Shown here: piece after piece, positions 55,810 through 64,000 of the stretch
Numbering within the stretch: position 1 is the stretch's first letter
Layout of the letters: each line of letters opens with the position of its first letter
Source: Acidimicrobiia bacterium
GTDB lineage: Bacteria; Actinomycetota; Acidimicrobiia; Spongiisociales; ZC4RG35
Direction: 5' to 3'
Assembly: GCA_965248705.1 (NCBI GenBank)
Contig: CBDFJY010000002.1
Location: forward strand, 1,715,384-1,779,383
Length of the DNA stretch: 64,000 bases
The notes under the pieces: model-generated
Database searches by the model: none
The model's input: only the letters and a program-made list of their open reading frames with translations
What the model was told of the DNA's origin: nothing
Made by a program: the position numbers and the translations under genes

Positions 55810-56925
55810 TTAATCCCCGATCCGGTTTTCCAGCATTTCCAGCAGTATCCGGTCTTCTTCTCCCAAACCCACGACCGCCTGCCACCCCTCCGATCCCAGC
55901 GCATCCGCCAGTTGGTCCATCCCGGTTACATGGTGATCGCGGAGGGAGAGTCCCGCTGCGATGGCGTCGCACAGCGCCTCGGCTGGAAGGCCCTGCCGCA
56001 CCGCCTCCCGGGCGGGGCCCACCAAGCGCTCAGTGGGGCCGAGTTTTCGGAGCGGGTGGCGCGCCACGCGGCGGATGGGATCCACCAGGGTGGTGGTGGC
56101 GAAGCGTTCCAGGTTGTATCGCCCGTATTCGGTCAGTTCGGCCTGGCTCCACTCCCCGAGCTCAGCAGGGAGGACGGCGGCTATGGTGGCGGCCATCTCT
56201 TCCAGCCGCTCCCGGATGGGCGGATCGGTGACCGCTTCGGCCACTGTCTCGTGGCCCGCAGCCAAGCCGAGAAAGGCCGCGGCGGCGTGCAGCCCGTTCA
56301 CCAGCCACAGTTTTCTCTTCCGGTGAAGACCCAGGTTGTTCACCAGCGCAAGCCCCGGGACTTCGGGGTCTTCTCCCACCCAGTCTTCTCGGGCCACTTT
56401 GAAGTCGAACCGGGCCTCCACCTCCACCGACAGCCCGCCTTCTGTGGCGCCGGGCACCATCCGGTCCACGAGCGTCTCGGGAAACCCCACCCCGGCCGGA
56501 GGCTTTTTCATCAGGCTCTCCACGTGTTCTCGGAGCGCGGCGCTGTTGGGGTCGGCATTTTCGCAGGCCAGCACGTTGCGGACCCGGCTGTCGCTTCTGG
56601 ACAGAGCGGCGGCGATGGCGGGCGCGACCCGTTCCAGGATTCCCACTCCCACCGCGGTGCATACCACCTCCGCCTGCGCCGCGGCGGGGCCAGCCTTTGA
56701 AATGTCAGTACTGTTCACCCCGCGCACTCCCTGGATCAGTTCGATTGATCGACCGCCGGTTCCCACCTCGATCACCCGATATTCGCCCTCCAGGTTCAAT
56801 AGCTTTATCAGTTCGGTGGAGATGTCCAAAAAAGTCACCTCCCATCCCGCCCGGCCGAACAGCCACCCCAGAAGACCCCTCCCGATATTCCCGGCGCCGA
56901 AAACGGCGACCTGTCGTCGGGTCAT
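55810..56925 (-). CDS. mtlD: Mannitol-1-phosphate 5-dehydrogenase
   Basis: 371 aa from ATG 56925. VAVFGAGNIGRG, and colinear with MtlD (..CTAVG..ILERVAPAIA...ACEN..). Confidence 0.8.
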   Translation of the reverse strand: MTRRQVAVFGAGNIGRGLLGWLFGRAGWEVTFLDISTELIKLLNLEGEYRVIEVGTGGRSIELIQGVRGVNSTDISKAGPAAAQAEVVCTAVGVGILERVAPAIAAALSRSDSRVRNVLACENADPNSAALREHVESLMKKPPAGVGFPETLVDRMVPGATEGGLSVEVEARFDFKVAREDWVGEDPEVPGLALVNNLGLHRKRKLWLVNGLHAAAAFLGLAAGHETVAEAVTDPPIRERLEEMAATIAAVLPAELGEWSQAELTEYGRYNLERFATTTLVDPIRRVARHPLRKLGPTERLVGPAREAVRQGLPAEALCDAIAAGLSLRDHHVTGMDQLADALGSEGWQAVVGLGEEDRILLEMLENRIGD

Positions 56926-57209
56926 TGAGGCGAGGCGACCAGGGTCTTCCGGACGAAGTTTTCGTCGGTGACGACCCCCGGCCCGGGGCACAGTTCCTCG
57001 TCGTCCAGCACCTCCGTCGGATGCGACATCACCGCCGGGTGCTCCTCGCCCACCCCCGCCAGTCCGAATACCAAAAAGGCCCGGTCGTCCTCGTCGCCCC
57101 AGGGGACGCCGGCAGGGTATTGCGCCATCATCAGGGCGGTGCGGACGAAGCCCTGCACACTCTCTTTGAACACGCTGGGGACATGCAGGGAGGGTTTTTC
57201 TCCAGACAA
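56922..57209 (-). pseudogene. Mannitol/fructose-type PTS EIIA domain, N-terminally truncated and lacking the active-site His
   Basis: LHVPSVFKESVQGFVRTALMMAQYPAGVPWGDEDDRAFLVFGLAGVGEEH..VLDDEEL aligns with the EIIA-Mtl segment IAVPHGTVEAK...QYPEGVRFGEEEDD..LVIGIAA..NEH. It has VPSV where VPHG is expected. 95 aa against about 145. Its stop overlaps the mtlD start. Confidence 0.6.
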
Positions 57210-57256
57210 GGCTTGACCTTTGGCGGGGATGTCACAAAGGCTACCCTAAGGACACT

Positions 57257-57526
57257 GTGAGCGGAAAGCTGCAGCCTGATGTCGAGTCGGCCCTCCTGGC
57301 ATTGAAGCCGTTCTCCTCCGGGCTGACCGCAGACAGGTACGCGCTGGAGGTGAACCGGACCGATTCGGGCGGCCTGGTAGTGGAGATAGTGGCCGGACCC
57401 GACGCCTGCCAGGAATGCCTGATCCCCAAGGGGTTGTTCGGGGGGATACGCGAGTCCCCGTTGAGTTCGGAGGGGATGACCTTCTCGGATCTGACCATGG
57501 TCTATACCCACCGATTGAATTACTGA
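57257..57526 (+). CDS. Small NifU/Nfu-like CxxC protein (putative)
   Basis: 89 aa. ALLALKPF...LEV...GGLVVEIVAGPDACQECLIPKG resembles the Nfu-type domain pattern. Its stop overlaps the downstream ATG (TGATG). Confidence 0.45.
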   Translation: MSGKLQPDVESALLALKPFSSGLTADRYALEVNRTDSGGLVVEIVAGPDACQECLIPKGLFGGIRESPLSSEGMTFSDLTMVYTHRLNY

Positions 57527-58668
57527 TGGACACACCGTATTCAGGTATAGCACTACCCGCTCGGGCATTGTTCGATCTCCCCGGGGGCATGACCTGGTTG
57601 AACAGCGCCTATCTGTGCGCCCGGGCCTTCCCGGTCGCCGAGGCGGTGGCGGCGGCGGTTTCCCGTCCGCTTTCCGAGGTCTCGGTCACCGACTTTTTTG
57701 TTCCCGGCGACCGGATGAGAAGAGAATTCTCGGCCTTGGTGGGGGGCGACGCCGAGGGTGTGGCGCTGGTTCCCTCCGCCAGCTATGGGGTGGCCACCGC
57801 GGCCGCCGCTTTGGGGACGGGAGAGGGAGATCGGGTGCTGATGCTGGACGAACAGTTCCCCGCCATGGTCTATCCCTGGACCGATAAAGGCGCCGAGCCG
57901 GTCTTTGTCAAACGCCCTACTGACGACGACTGGACGAGCGCGGTGCTCGACCGCCTCGACGAGACTGTTTCGGTGGTGTCGGCGCCGGCCTGCCACTGGA
58001 CCGACGGGACCCGACTGGATTTGGAGGTGGTGGGCGAGGCGACCCGCGCAGTAGGCGCCCGGTTGGTGGTGGACATCTCCCAGAGTTTGGGGATGGCCCT
58101 CTTCGATGTGAAGAACGTCCGCCCCGACTTTGTGGTGTGCGTCGGGTACAAATGGCTGTTGGGTCCTCCGGGAATGTCGTACTTGTGGGCCTCTCCGGAG
58201 AACCGCCAGGGTAGGCCGCTCGATGGCAACTGGATGGCCCGGAGCGGCAGCGGGGACTTTTCGCGGGTGAACGAATACCGCTGGGAGTTGGCTACCGGAG
58301 CGCGGCGCTACGACGCCGGGCAGTCTTGGAACCTCTGGCTGGCCGAGGCTGCCTGCCGCGGCCTTGAGTTGGTGTCGGGGGTCGGCAGCGAGCGCTTATC
58401 CGCTCATGGCCGTCTGCTGACCGATCGTCTGGCCGAAGGGTCCGCCTCTTTGGGGCTGGTCGCTCCCCACCCCCGATTCCGCAGCTCTCACCTGGTGGGT
58501 CTGCGTTTGCCCGAGGGCGCCGATCCACGTTCCCTGGTAGCGGAGTTGGCCGACCGGTTGGTGTATGTCTCGGTGCGGGGCAACTCGGTGCGGGTGTCGG
58601 CTCACATGTGGAACACCCAGGACGACATCGACCGTCTGCTCGAGGGCCTGGCTGCCTGGCTGGGGTGA
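57526..58668 (+). CDS. Class-V aminotransferase-fold PLP enzyme (cysteine desulfurase/epimerase-like)
   Basis: 380 aa from ATG 57526. PLP-Lys context CVGYKWLLGPPGMSYLW. The longer ORF 57415.. overlaps the small upstream gene. Confidence 0.75.
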   Translation: MDTPYSGIALPARALFDLPGGMTWLNSAYLCARAFPVAEAVAAAVSRPLSEVSVTDFFVPGDRMRREFSALVGGDAEGVALVPSASYGVATAAAALGTGEGDRVLMLDEQFPAMVYPWTDKGAEPVFVKRPTDDDWTSAVLDRLDETVSVVSAPACHWTDGTRLDLEVVGEATRAVGARLVVDISQSLGMALFDVKNVRPDFVVCVGYKWLLGPPGMSYLWASPENRQGRPLDGNWMARSGSGDFSRVNEYRWELATGARRYDAGQSWNLWLAEAACRGLELVSGVGSERLSAHGRLLTDRLAEGSASLGLVAPHPRFRSSHLVGLRLPEGADPRSLVAELADRLVYVSVRGNSVRVSAHMWNTQDDIDRLLEGLAAWLG

Positions 58669-58679
58669 GAAGGCCCCGG

Positions 58680-59783
58680 TTAGCGGCGTGCCCTAACCTT
58701 CCACTCCTCAATCCTGCCGTCAACACCGATCACCGCCGCCCGGCTCCACATGTTGACCGTGGCGCAGGCATGGTTGGGAACGATGCGTACCACATCACCC
58801 ACCTTCAGTGTCTCCACGCCGGGTCCTCGAAGAAAGCCGTGCTCCTCGTTGGCTCGGTGAAAAACGATGTCGGCGTACTCGCCGTCCTCGGCCAGCACCC
58901 TTCCAAATCCAACCCCGGAGTTAGGTCCATCAGAACTCATCGATTTGCTTCCTGCATCGATGATCGCCTCACCGGGTCGGGGAGTGCTCACTACCCGAGC
59001 GGCGACTGTGAGGGCGCACCCCGAGAGGGGAGTACTTCCCACCACCACTTGATTGGCGTCATTGAAGACGTAAGTGCCGGGACGAGCCTCGGTGACTCCT
59101 GACACGGTGGGTGTGGAGGTGGAACCTGGTGTGGATCCCACCGACACCACGTTCATTTCAAATCCTGCTACCTGGAGTGTCTGGGCCACCCCCACCATGG
59201 TCTTTCCCACTGATCGGCCCTCGGCTTCGAGACCTGCTCGGTCGTCCCCGAAGCCGCTCAAGTGCCCTGCATGGGTGATTATCCCCTCGAACTGTAGGCT
59301 ATCCAGGCCCGCCAGTTTCCTCGCTAACTCCAATACCTGATTGGGTGTGACTCCCGCCCGCCCCAGTCCGGTGTCCACCTCGATTAGATAGGGAATCACG
59401 ACTCCCGCCACCCCACCGGAACTAGCCAGAGGCGCAGCGGCCTCAAGAGAGTCGAGCGCCACCCGCACCCGTCCCCGCCGGTTGGCCTCCACTGCAAAAG
59501 CGACCTTTGGAGCTCCCACCGGTTGATGGGCCCAAGTGATGTCCGTATATCCGTGATCAAGCAAGCACTCCACCTCAGCCGGGGTGGCGCAGGTGAACCC
59601 CACGCAGCCCGCCCGGCTCTGCATGTGAGCCGCTTCCACCATTTTGGAGGTCTTCCAGTGGGGGCGTAGCGCCACGCCCAGGTTCTTCATCCGTTGCGCC
59701 ATCTCCGTGACATTGCGTTCCATCACCGCCCTGTCTATTACCAGAGCGGGAGTGGGATGATCGCGGAGAACACCGGCGATCAC
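58680..59783 (-). CDS. D-threonine aldolase / D-serine dehydratase-like (DSD1, alanine-racemase-fold) PLP enzyme
   Basis: 367 aa. PTPALVIDRAVMERN...LRPHWKTSK (PLP Lys), and a C-terminal HACATVN motif. Confidence 0.75.
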   Translation of the reverse strand: MIAGVLRDHPTPALVIDRAVMERNVTEMAQRMKNLGVALRPHWKTSKMVEAAHMQSRAGCVGFTCATPAEVECLLDHGYTDITWAHQPVGAPKVAFAVEANRRGRVRVALDSLEAAAPLASSGGVAGVVIPYLIEVDTGLGRAGVTPNQVLELARKLAGLDSLQFEGIITHAGHLSGFGDDRAGLEAEGRSVGKTMVGVAQTLQVAGFEMNVVSVGSTPGSTSTPTVSGVTEARPGTYVFNDANQVVVGSTPLSGCALTVAARVVSTPRPGEAIIDAGSKSMSSDGPNSGVGFGRVLAEDGEYADIVFHRANEEHGFLRGPGVETLKVGDVVRIVPNHACATVNMWSRAAVIGVDGRIEEWKVRARR

Positions 59784-61321
59784 TGACTGTTCTCCCTGTT
59801 GGTGTGCATCTCAACCAGGAGATGCTTTTGGACCTTTCCGGTGGCGCCACGAGGCAGCCGGTCGGTGAGTATCAGCTGCTTGGGTTTCATATGGGAGGCG
59901 AGCCGGGCGCCCACCCAATCGGCCAGATCCTGAAGGGTCGGCGTTGGACCGGGACGGGGAACCACCACCGCCGTCACCGCCTCGCCCCACAGGTGATCGG
60001 GGAGACCGATCACCGCCACCTCCGCCACGCCGGGGTGATGGGACAGGGCATCTTCGATTTGAGGCGGGTGGATGTTTACGCCTCCGCTGATGATCAACTC
60101 CTTGATCCGTCCCGCCAGATAGATGTCGCCACTCTGATCACGGTATCCGAGGTCACCGGTGTGAAGCCACCCGTTGCGAATCGCCTGAGCGGTAGCTTCA
60201 GGCTGCTTCCAATAGCCGGACATAAGTTTGGGAGTGCGTACCAGCAATTCACCTACCTCTCCGGGTTCTGTCTCCCTGCCGTCGGGTGTTCTTATGTCGA
60301 TGTCCACACCTACGATAGGACGGCCGCAGGACAGCCCGCCGGATTCCGCCTCCGCTATCCGGTGATGGTCCTCGGGTCCCAACGCAGAGCACACCGCGGT
60401 GGCCTCGGTCAGCCCATATCCGTGATACAGGCCGCAGGGGAGGGCCGAAACCATCCTCTGTACCAGGTTGGAACGGGTGGAAGCGGCCCCGTACAGGAGT
60501 AGCCGCATGGAGCGGAAGCGGTCGGGATCGAAATGGGGTGAATCCAGGATCCTTTGCAACTGGGTGGACACCATGATGGTGGTGGTGACGCCCCAGGCGG
60601 CTATAGCAGACATAGCCGCTTCGGGATCGAAAGAGGGAAGCACCGCGTGGGTTTGTCCGTCCACCAACATGGTGGCGACCCGCAAACCGGCCGAAGCGTG
60701 GTAGAGAGGAGTGGCTGACAGGTAGACATCAGAGTGGCGGAGTTCTTGAGACACAGAAGTTACGTAGGCGTTAAAAGTGAGAGCGGCGTGAGAGAGGCAC
60801 ACGCCCTTGGGTTCGCCGGTGGTACCGCTGGTGTAGATGATGAGCGCCGTGTCTTCAACCTGGGCTGCGATCGGGGTGGGATCGGATGAAGAGAGCAGTC
60901 GGCGGTATTCGGGGCTGCCATGTTCTAGCAGGCTCATCCCGCCTTTGGCAGCCTGCGCCATCTTCTGGCCGTATTCCTGTCCCACAATGGCTGCCCGGGG
61001 ATCGGCGTCGGCCAGTTGCCTGGCTATCTCGGCCGGGGCCAACCGGCTGGAGAAGGGGACGGCCGCGGCGCCCAACCAGGCCGCTCCCAGGTAGGCGTCG
61101 AAGAACGCCAAGCCGGCGGGGGCCATCACCGCCACCCGGTCGCCTCTGGCGACGCCCGTGCGCGCCAGAGCGCCGGCAACTCGCTCGACCCGTTCGCGCA
61201 ACTCGGCGTAGGTGAGGGAAGGGCCTCCCACGATCCTCACCGCCACCCGGTCGGGATAGAGCCGGGCCGAGCGGTCCAAGAGATCGGTGATCAGCGCAGG
61301 CATCGCCTCAGAACGATACAA
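59780..61321 (-). CDS. AMP-dependent acyl-CoA synthetase/ligase
   Basis: 513 aa. IIYTSGTTGEPKGV AMP-binding motif, GYGLTE, and a GKVQK C-terminal Lys. Its stop overlaps the downstream start. Confidence 0.9.
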   Translation of the reverse strand: MYRSEAMPALITDLLDRSARLYPDRVAVRIVGGPSLTYAELRERVERVAGALARTGVARGDRVAVMAPAGLAFFDAYLGAAWLGAAAVPFSSRLAPAEIARQLADADPRAAIVGQEYGQKMAQAAKGGMSLLEHGSPEYRRLLSSSDPTPIAAQVEDTALIIYTSGTTGEPKGVCLSHAALTFNAYVTSVSQELRHSDVYLSATPLYHASAGLRVATMLVDGQTHAVLPSFDPEAAMSAIAAWGVTTTIMVSTQLQRILDSPHFDPDRFRSMRLLLYGAASTRSNLVQRMVSALPCGLYHGYGLTEATAVCSALGPEDHHRIAEAESGGLSCGRPIVGVDIDIRTPDGRETEPGEVGELLVRTPKLMSGYWKQPEATAQAIRNGWLHTGDLGYRDQSGDIYLAGRIKELIISGGVNIHPPQIEDALSHHPGVAEVAVIGLPDHLWGEAVTAVVVPRPGPTPTLQDLADWVGARLASHMKPKQLILTDRLPRGATGKVQKHLLVEMHTNRENSQ

Positions 61322-61723
61322 CCGAGAGCTCGCCGGTGACCGGCCTAAGCGGCTCGCCGGTGACCGGCCTGGTGTATTGAGGATGTCCGGGTCCGGGTCA
61401 CCTGGATTTGGATTGCGATCCCAAATTGGAGAGGAGCACGATCCCGGCGCCGGTCAGGAGGGTCTGGGGGTTGGCGATGAAGACATCGGCGAAGATCCAT
61501 ATCCAAAGCATCTGGAGGACGGGGGTGAAGAACATGATCCGCTGGATGCATTGAACCACGCTTCGTAGCACGCCTCCTGCAACACCTCTTGGGGCTCACC
61601 ACCGTAACTGGACCAACGAAACCACCCAGTGGCCAGGACCAGCCCGCTCCCTAACCGCATATGACCACTAAACCTTAGGATCTGACCATCGAGGCCAAGG
61701 GCAATAGCTTCCCATCGGGATCG

Positions 61724-62212
61724 TCACTCGATGGTGAGGCCTGAGAGCAGTCCGTTCACGTCGGGAGTGAGCGCCTGCCGAAGGCCGTAAGACCCGATCA
61801 CCGCGTGCAGGCAGAATGCCCGGCTGCCCGAACAAAAGAACCGCTGTAAGCCGGCCTGGCCTCGCATAGGTTGCTGAAGTTGCGCGGGGGAGAAGTGATT
61901 GGGTTTCAATTGAACCGGAATACCGATGTGTTCGAACAGCGAGGACCCGGTGGCGGTGCTATCGAACTCGACTAGCGCAATGAAGATACCGCCCGATCCC
62001 ATGGCCTGCACCGCCTCCCACCCGTAGTCGCTCCGATCGGGCGGCATCCAGAAGTTGGCCATATGCAAAACAACCATCTGCTCGCCCGGTAACACCAGGT
62101 CGGTATCGACCATCGAGGGATCCTCCTGCAGCGACAATTCGGCCTCCCAACCGGGTGGCACGTCGATACTTATCCCGTAACCGGAAAGGCGATCCATTGC
62201 GTCACTCACCAA
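61724..62212 (-). CDS. Hypothetical protein
   Basis: 162 aa ORF with core-like codon usage. Overlaps the upstream gene end by 7 nt. I do not recognise a family. Confidence 0.5.
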   Translation of the reverse strand: MVSDAMDRLSGYGISIDVPPGWEAELSLQEDPSMVDTDLVLPGEQMVVLHMANFWMPPDRSDYGWEAVQAMGSGGIFIALVEFDSTATGSSLFEHIGIPVQLKPNHFSPAQLQQPMRGQAGLQRFFCSGSRAFCLHAVIGSYGLRQALTPDVNGLLSGLTIE

Positions 62213-62784
62213 ACAATCGCAGCCGCTCCGGCCAGCAAGGCAGCTGCCAGTGCGCCCAGGAGTCGCACGCGATGAGCCAAGCTGTCAAGTCTGTGATGCA
62301 GCCTGCGGAGATCGTCAGCCGTGCGTACCCGAAGGTTCAGCGCTACGCTGAGCCCGCGCACCGTCCCGAATACGGCCCCGATCACCAGTCCACTCCTCGT
62401 GTCGTGCGTCAGGAGAGCAGCCAGCATAAACATCGGAATGAGCGCCGTGTCGACCGCCGTGGTAACCGCAGCACCGAGTTGGAGCCCGTAACCCATTCCA
62501 TAAACCCAGGGCCGATATGCCGATAGCCAATCTTCGTTCACCTGGCGACGGACAGGAAAGCGCCGGGCCGTCAGGTCCCAGATGGCAGCCGCCACCCCGG
62601 CCAGAGCCATTGCCAACAAGCGCCAGGCATCATCGGCGGTTCCAGGAAGGACCTGCCCGAGTTTGCCCAGACCGGCTCCGAGAGCGGCCCCGCCCAGCAG
62701 CGTCCCGGCCGTTAGCCAGCCCACCGTCAACCACCAACGATTGCCCCGCGCCCGCTCGCCGAGCGGGCTGATGCTCGTAAGCAT
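62206..62784 (-). CDS. Hypothetical integral membrane protein
   Basis: 192 aa with 4-5 hydrophobic helices. Lies downstream of a thioredoxin-fold gene. Confidence 0.55.
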   Translation of the reverse strand: MLTSISPLGERARGNRWWLTVGWLTAGTLLGGAALGAGLGKLGQVLPGTADDAWRLLAMALAGVAAAIWDLTARRFPVRRQVNEDWLSAYRPWVYGMGYGLQLGAAVTTAVDTALIPMFMLAALLTHDTRSGLVIGAVFGTVRGLSVALNLRVRTADDLRRLHHRLDSLAHRVRLLGALAAALLAGAAAIVW

Positions 62785-62861
62785 CGAAAGGCCTCAGGGC
62801 GACCAGGTCGAGCGGATGGCGGCCAGGATCGCCGCCCCGGCGCCGATGGCGAATAGATCCG

Positions 62862-63635
62862 TCATGGGTCGGTGAGTGCCTCTCGATCGGGGGGTTCGTT
62901 CCCGTCTCCGATTCCCCTGTCAGAGGCCACTCTCGGGTGATCAGGACCGATACCGGCCGCGAGCAAGGCCTCGTCGGCACGCCGTGCCCGGGCCTGGCCG
63001 GAGGCATGGCCAGGGTGCGCTTCGACCTTGCGAATGTAGTTGCCGAGAGCCCTTTGGAGAATGCCGCTCATCTGCTCCCAGTCGCCGGCGGTGCCTGCCC
63101 CGACCAGCTGGCCGTCCGTGCCGTCGACCAGCGTGAAGTACGGCGATCCTGGAACATCATAATCCTGCCAAGCAGAGCTGGACAGCACCGCCTTGACACC
63201 CGGCGGCACCAAATCGGCGAAAGCGGATTCCGAATCGTGGCCCGGGTCCTGGCCGATGACCACCAGCCGGATCCGGGCATCCGGAAGTTGGAGGTCGGGT
63301 TCTGCGAAGGCAGCCCAGAACTTTTCGCACGTCCGGCAACCCGACGAGAGGAACGCCAAAAGTATCAAACCATCGACACCGGTCACGCTGATCTTGGTGG
63401 GCCCCCCACCGGGTGATATTCCGACGATGTCATGGGCGCCTCCGCCACCGGAAGGAAGAGACTCTGTAATCGCGGCGGCCCGTTCAGGATGCCCGGCGTG
63501 TGCGGCGCCGTCGTCAAGAGGGATCCCAGCACGGCTAAGAGCGCGAATTATCTCGGCATGGGATCTAAGCAGACCAAACACCAGAAGAGTCAGCAACCCG
63601 ACCGCGCAGCTGAGTAGCACGAGGACGAGAGTCAT
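62862..63635 (-). CDS. Membrane-anchored thioredoxin-fold (TlpA-like) protein
   Basis: 257 aa. N-terminal TM (LVLVLLSCAVGLLTLLVFGLL) and a CxxC centre, FLSSGCRTCEKFW. Confidence 0.65.
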   Translation of the reverse strand: MTLVLVLLSCAVGLLTLLVFGLLRSHAEIIRALSRAGIPLDDGAAHAGHPERAAAITESLPSGGGGAHDIVGISPGGGPTKISVTGVDGLILLAFLSSGCRTCEKFWAAFAEPDLQLPDARIRLVVIGQDPGHDSESAFADLVPPGVKAVLSSSAWQDYDVPGSPYFTLVDGTDGQLVGAGTAGDWEQMSGILQRALGNYIRKVEAHPGHASGQARARRADEALLAAGIGPDHPRVASDRGIGDGNEPPDREALTDP

Positions 63636-63657
63636 GGATCCACAACCAGCGGCGGGG

Positions 63658-64000
63658 CTACGACCACGGTTGCCACGCCCCCTGCGGCAGGGTTTCAGGT
63701 GGCGAATCTGCGGGTCCGTGGAAGCGGTTAAGGAAGACGGCGGCTTCGGAACGTCGGACGAACCGATCGGGATCGAAGGTCAGGGGGGGAGACCACCATA
63801 CGATCCCGTAGCTAGCCGCCCAGTCAACCGCATCTGCGTACCAAGCCTCTTCGGCTACGTCGGAGAACAACTCCCTTTCGGAGAACAAGTCCCTTTCGGA
63901 GAACAAGTCTGGATGGGGCGCCGCTGGCGGTTTTCCAGCGATTCGATGCAGAAAGGTGATGGCCTCCGCCCGCGTGACTTCGTTGGTGGGATCTAAGTAT
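63658..64000 (-). CDS. SLH-domain protein, C-terminal part (gene continues beyond the window)
   Basis: The minus-strand frame is open to the window edge. ..VTRAEAITFLHRIAG...LFSDVAEEAWYADAVDWAASYGI...FDPDRFVRRSEAAVFLNRF are SLH-like units. Confidence 0.55.
   Translation of the reverse strand, partial: YLDPTNEVTRAEAITFLHRIAGKPPAAPHPDLFSERDLFSERELFSDVAEEAWYADAVDWAASYGIVWWSPPLTFDPDRFVRRSEAAVFLNRFHGPADSPPETLPQGAWQPWS

Noticed and set aside
55633-56700. 355-aa plus-strand ORF
   Set aside because: Antisense to mtlD, which has clear family motifs. Its composition is Arg/Gly/Pro-rich noise.
61395-61545. About 45-codon minus-strand frame resembling the last helices of an EamA/DMT transporter (MFFTPVLQMLWIWIFADVFIANPQTLLTGAGIVLLSN)
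   Set aside because: It is too short and is preceded by an in-frame stop. It may be a gene remnant, but the evidence is only hydrophobic pattern similarity.
63193-63996. 267-aa plus-strand ORF
   Set aside because: Antisense to the thioredoxin-fold gene and the SLH gene. No motif and a low-complexity composition.
1-64000. CRISPR array
   Set aside because: No series of short direct repeats separated by unique spacers was seen. The only tandem arrays are coding repeats (114-bp RCC1 units and an 18-nt SLH linker repeat) and the 410-bp IS duplication.

Overview
High-GC window (about 60-65% GC in hand-counted core lines) with an actinobacterial-type gene set: the Nif3 / COG1579 zinc-ribbon / RNase H operon, the SCO1664 / DUF3090 / histidine-phosphatase triad, a group-II truncated globin and lipoproteins with an L-x-x-C lipobox. 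It splits into two parts.

(1) About 0-40 kb is a mosaic accessory region.
- Two peptide/nickel-type ABC uptake clusters are wired to amidohydrolases: a hydantoinase / LLM oxidoreductase cluster at 0.2-9.4 kb that has no ATPase genes, and a complete, visibly lower-GC SBP / 2 permease / 2 ATPase / amidase / phosphotriesterase-like operon at 21.8-30.5 kb.
- A hyuB-hyuA (hydantoinase/oxoprolinase) pair sits between inverted ISL3 remnants. An AtuA/DUF4387 pair follows.
- A membrane-anchored RCC1-like protein is built from seven near-identical 114-bp repeats.
- IS debris is dense: one intact ISL3 with a 410-bp tandem partial duplication, a frameshifted IS30, and fragments of ISL3, IS481, IS982-like, IS3, IS110 and TnpB elements.
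- Other decay products are a P4-type integrase stump, an apt pseudogene, and a tRNA-Met(CAU)-like gene with a poorly paired acceptor stem.
- Two 135-bp direct repeats derived from a histidine-kinase ATPase domain bracket about 27 kb of this mosaic.

(2) About 40-64 kb is core-like and tightly coupled into operons, but it holds an eroding mannitol-type PTS: ptsH with a 1-nt deletion, two incomplete ptsI remnants, a truncated EIIA, and an apparently intact mtlD. It also contains a diverged duplication of an EamA transporter plus ptsI-remnant module around a purine permease / adenosine-deaminase pair.

I saw no CRISPR array, rRNA or convincing riboswitch. All calls come from reading the sequence and the ORF track and from family motifs recalled from memory. 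No database search was run, and identities and GC values are rough hand estimates.
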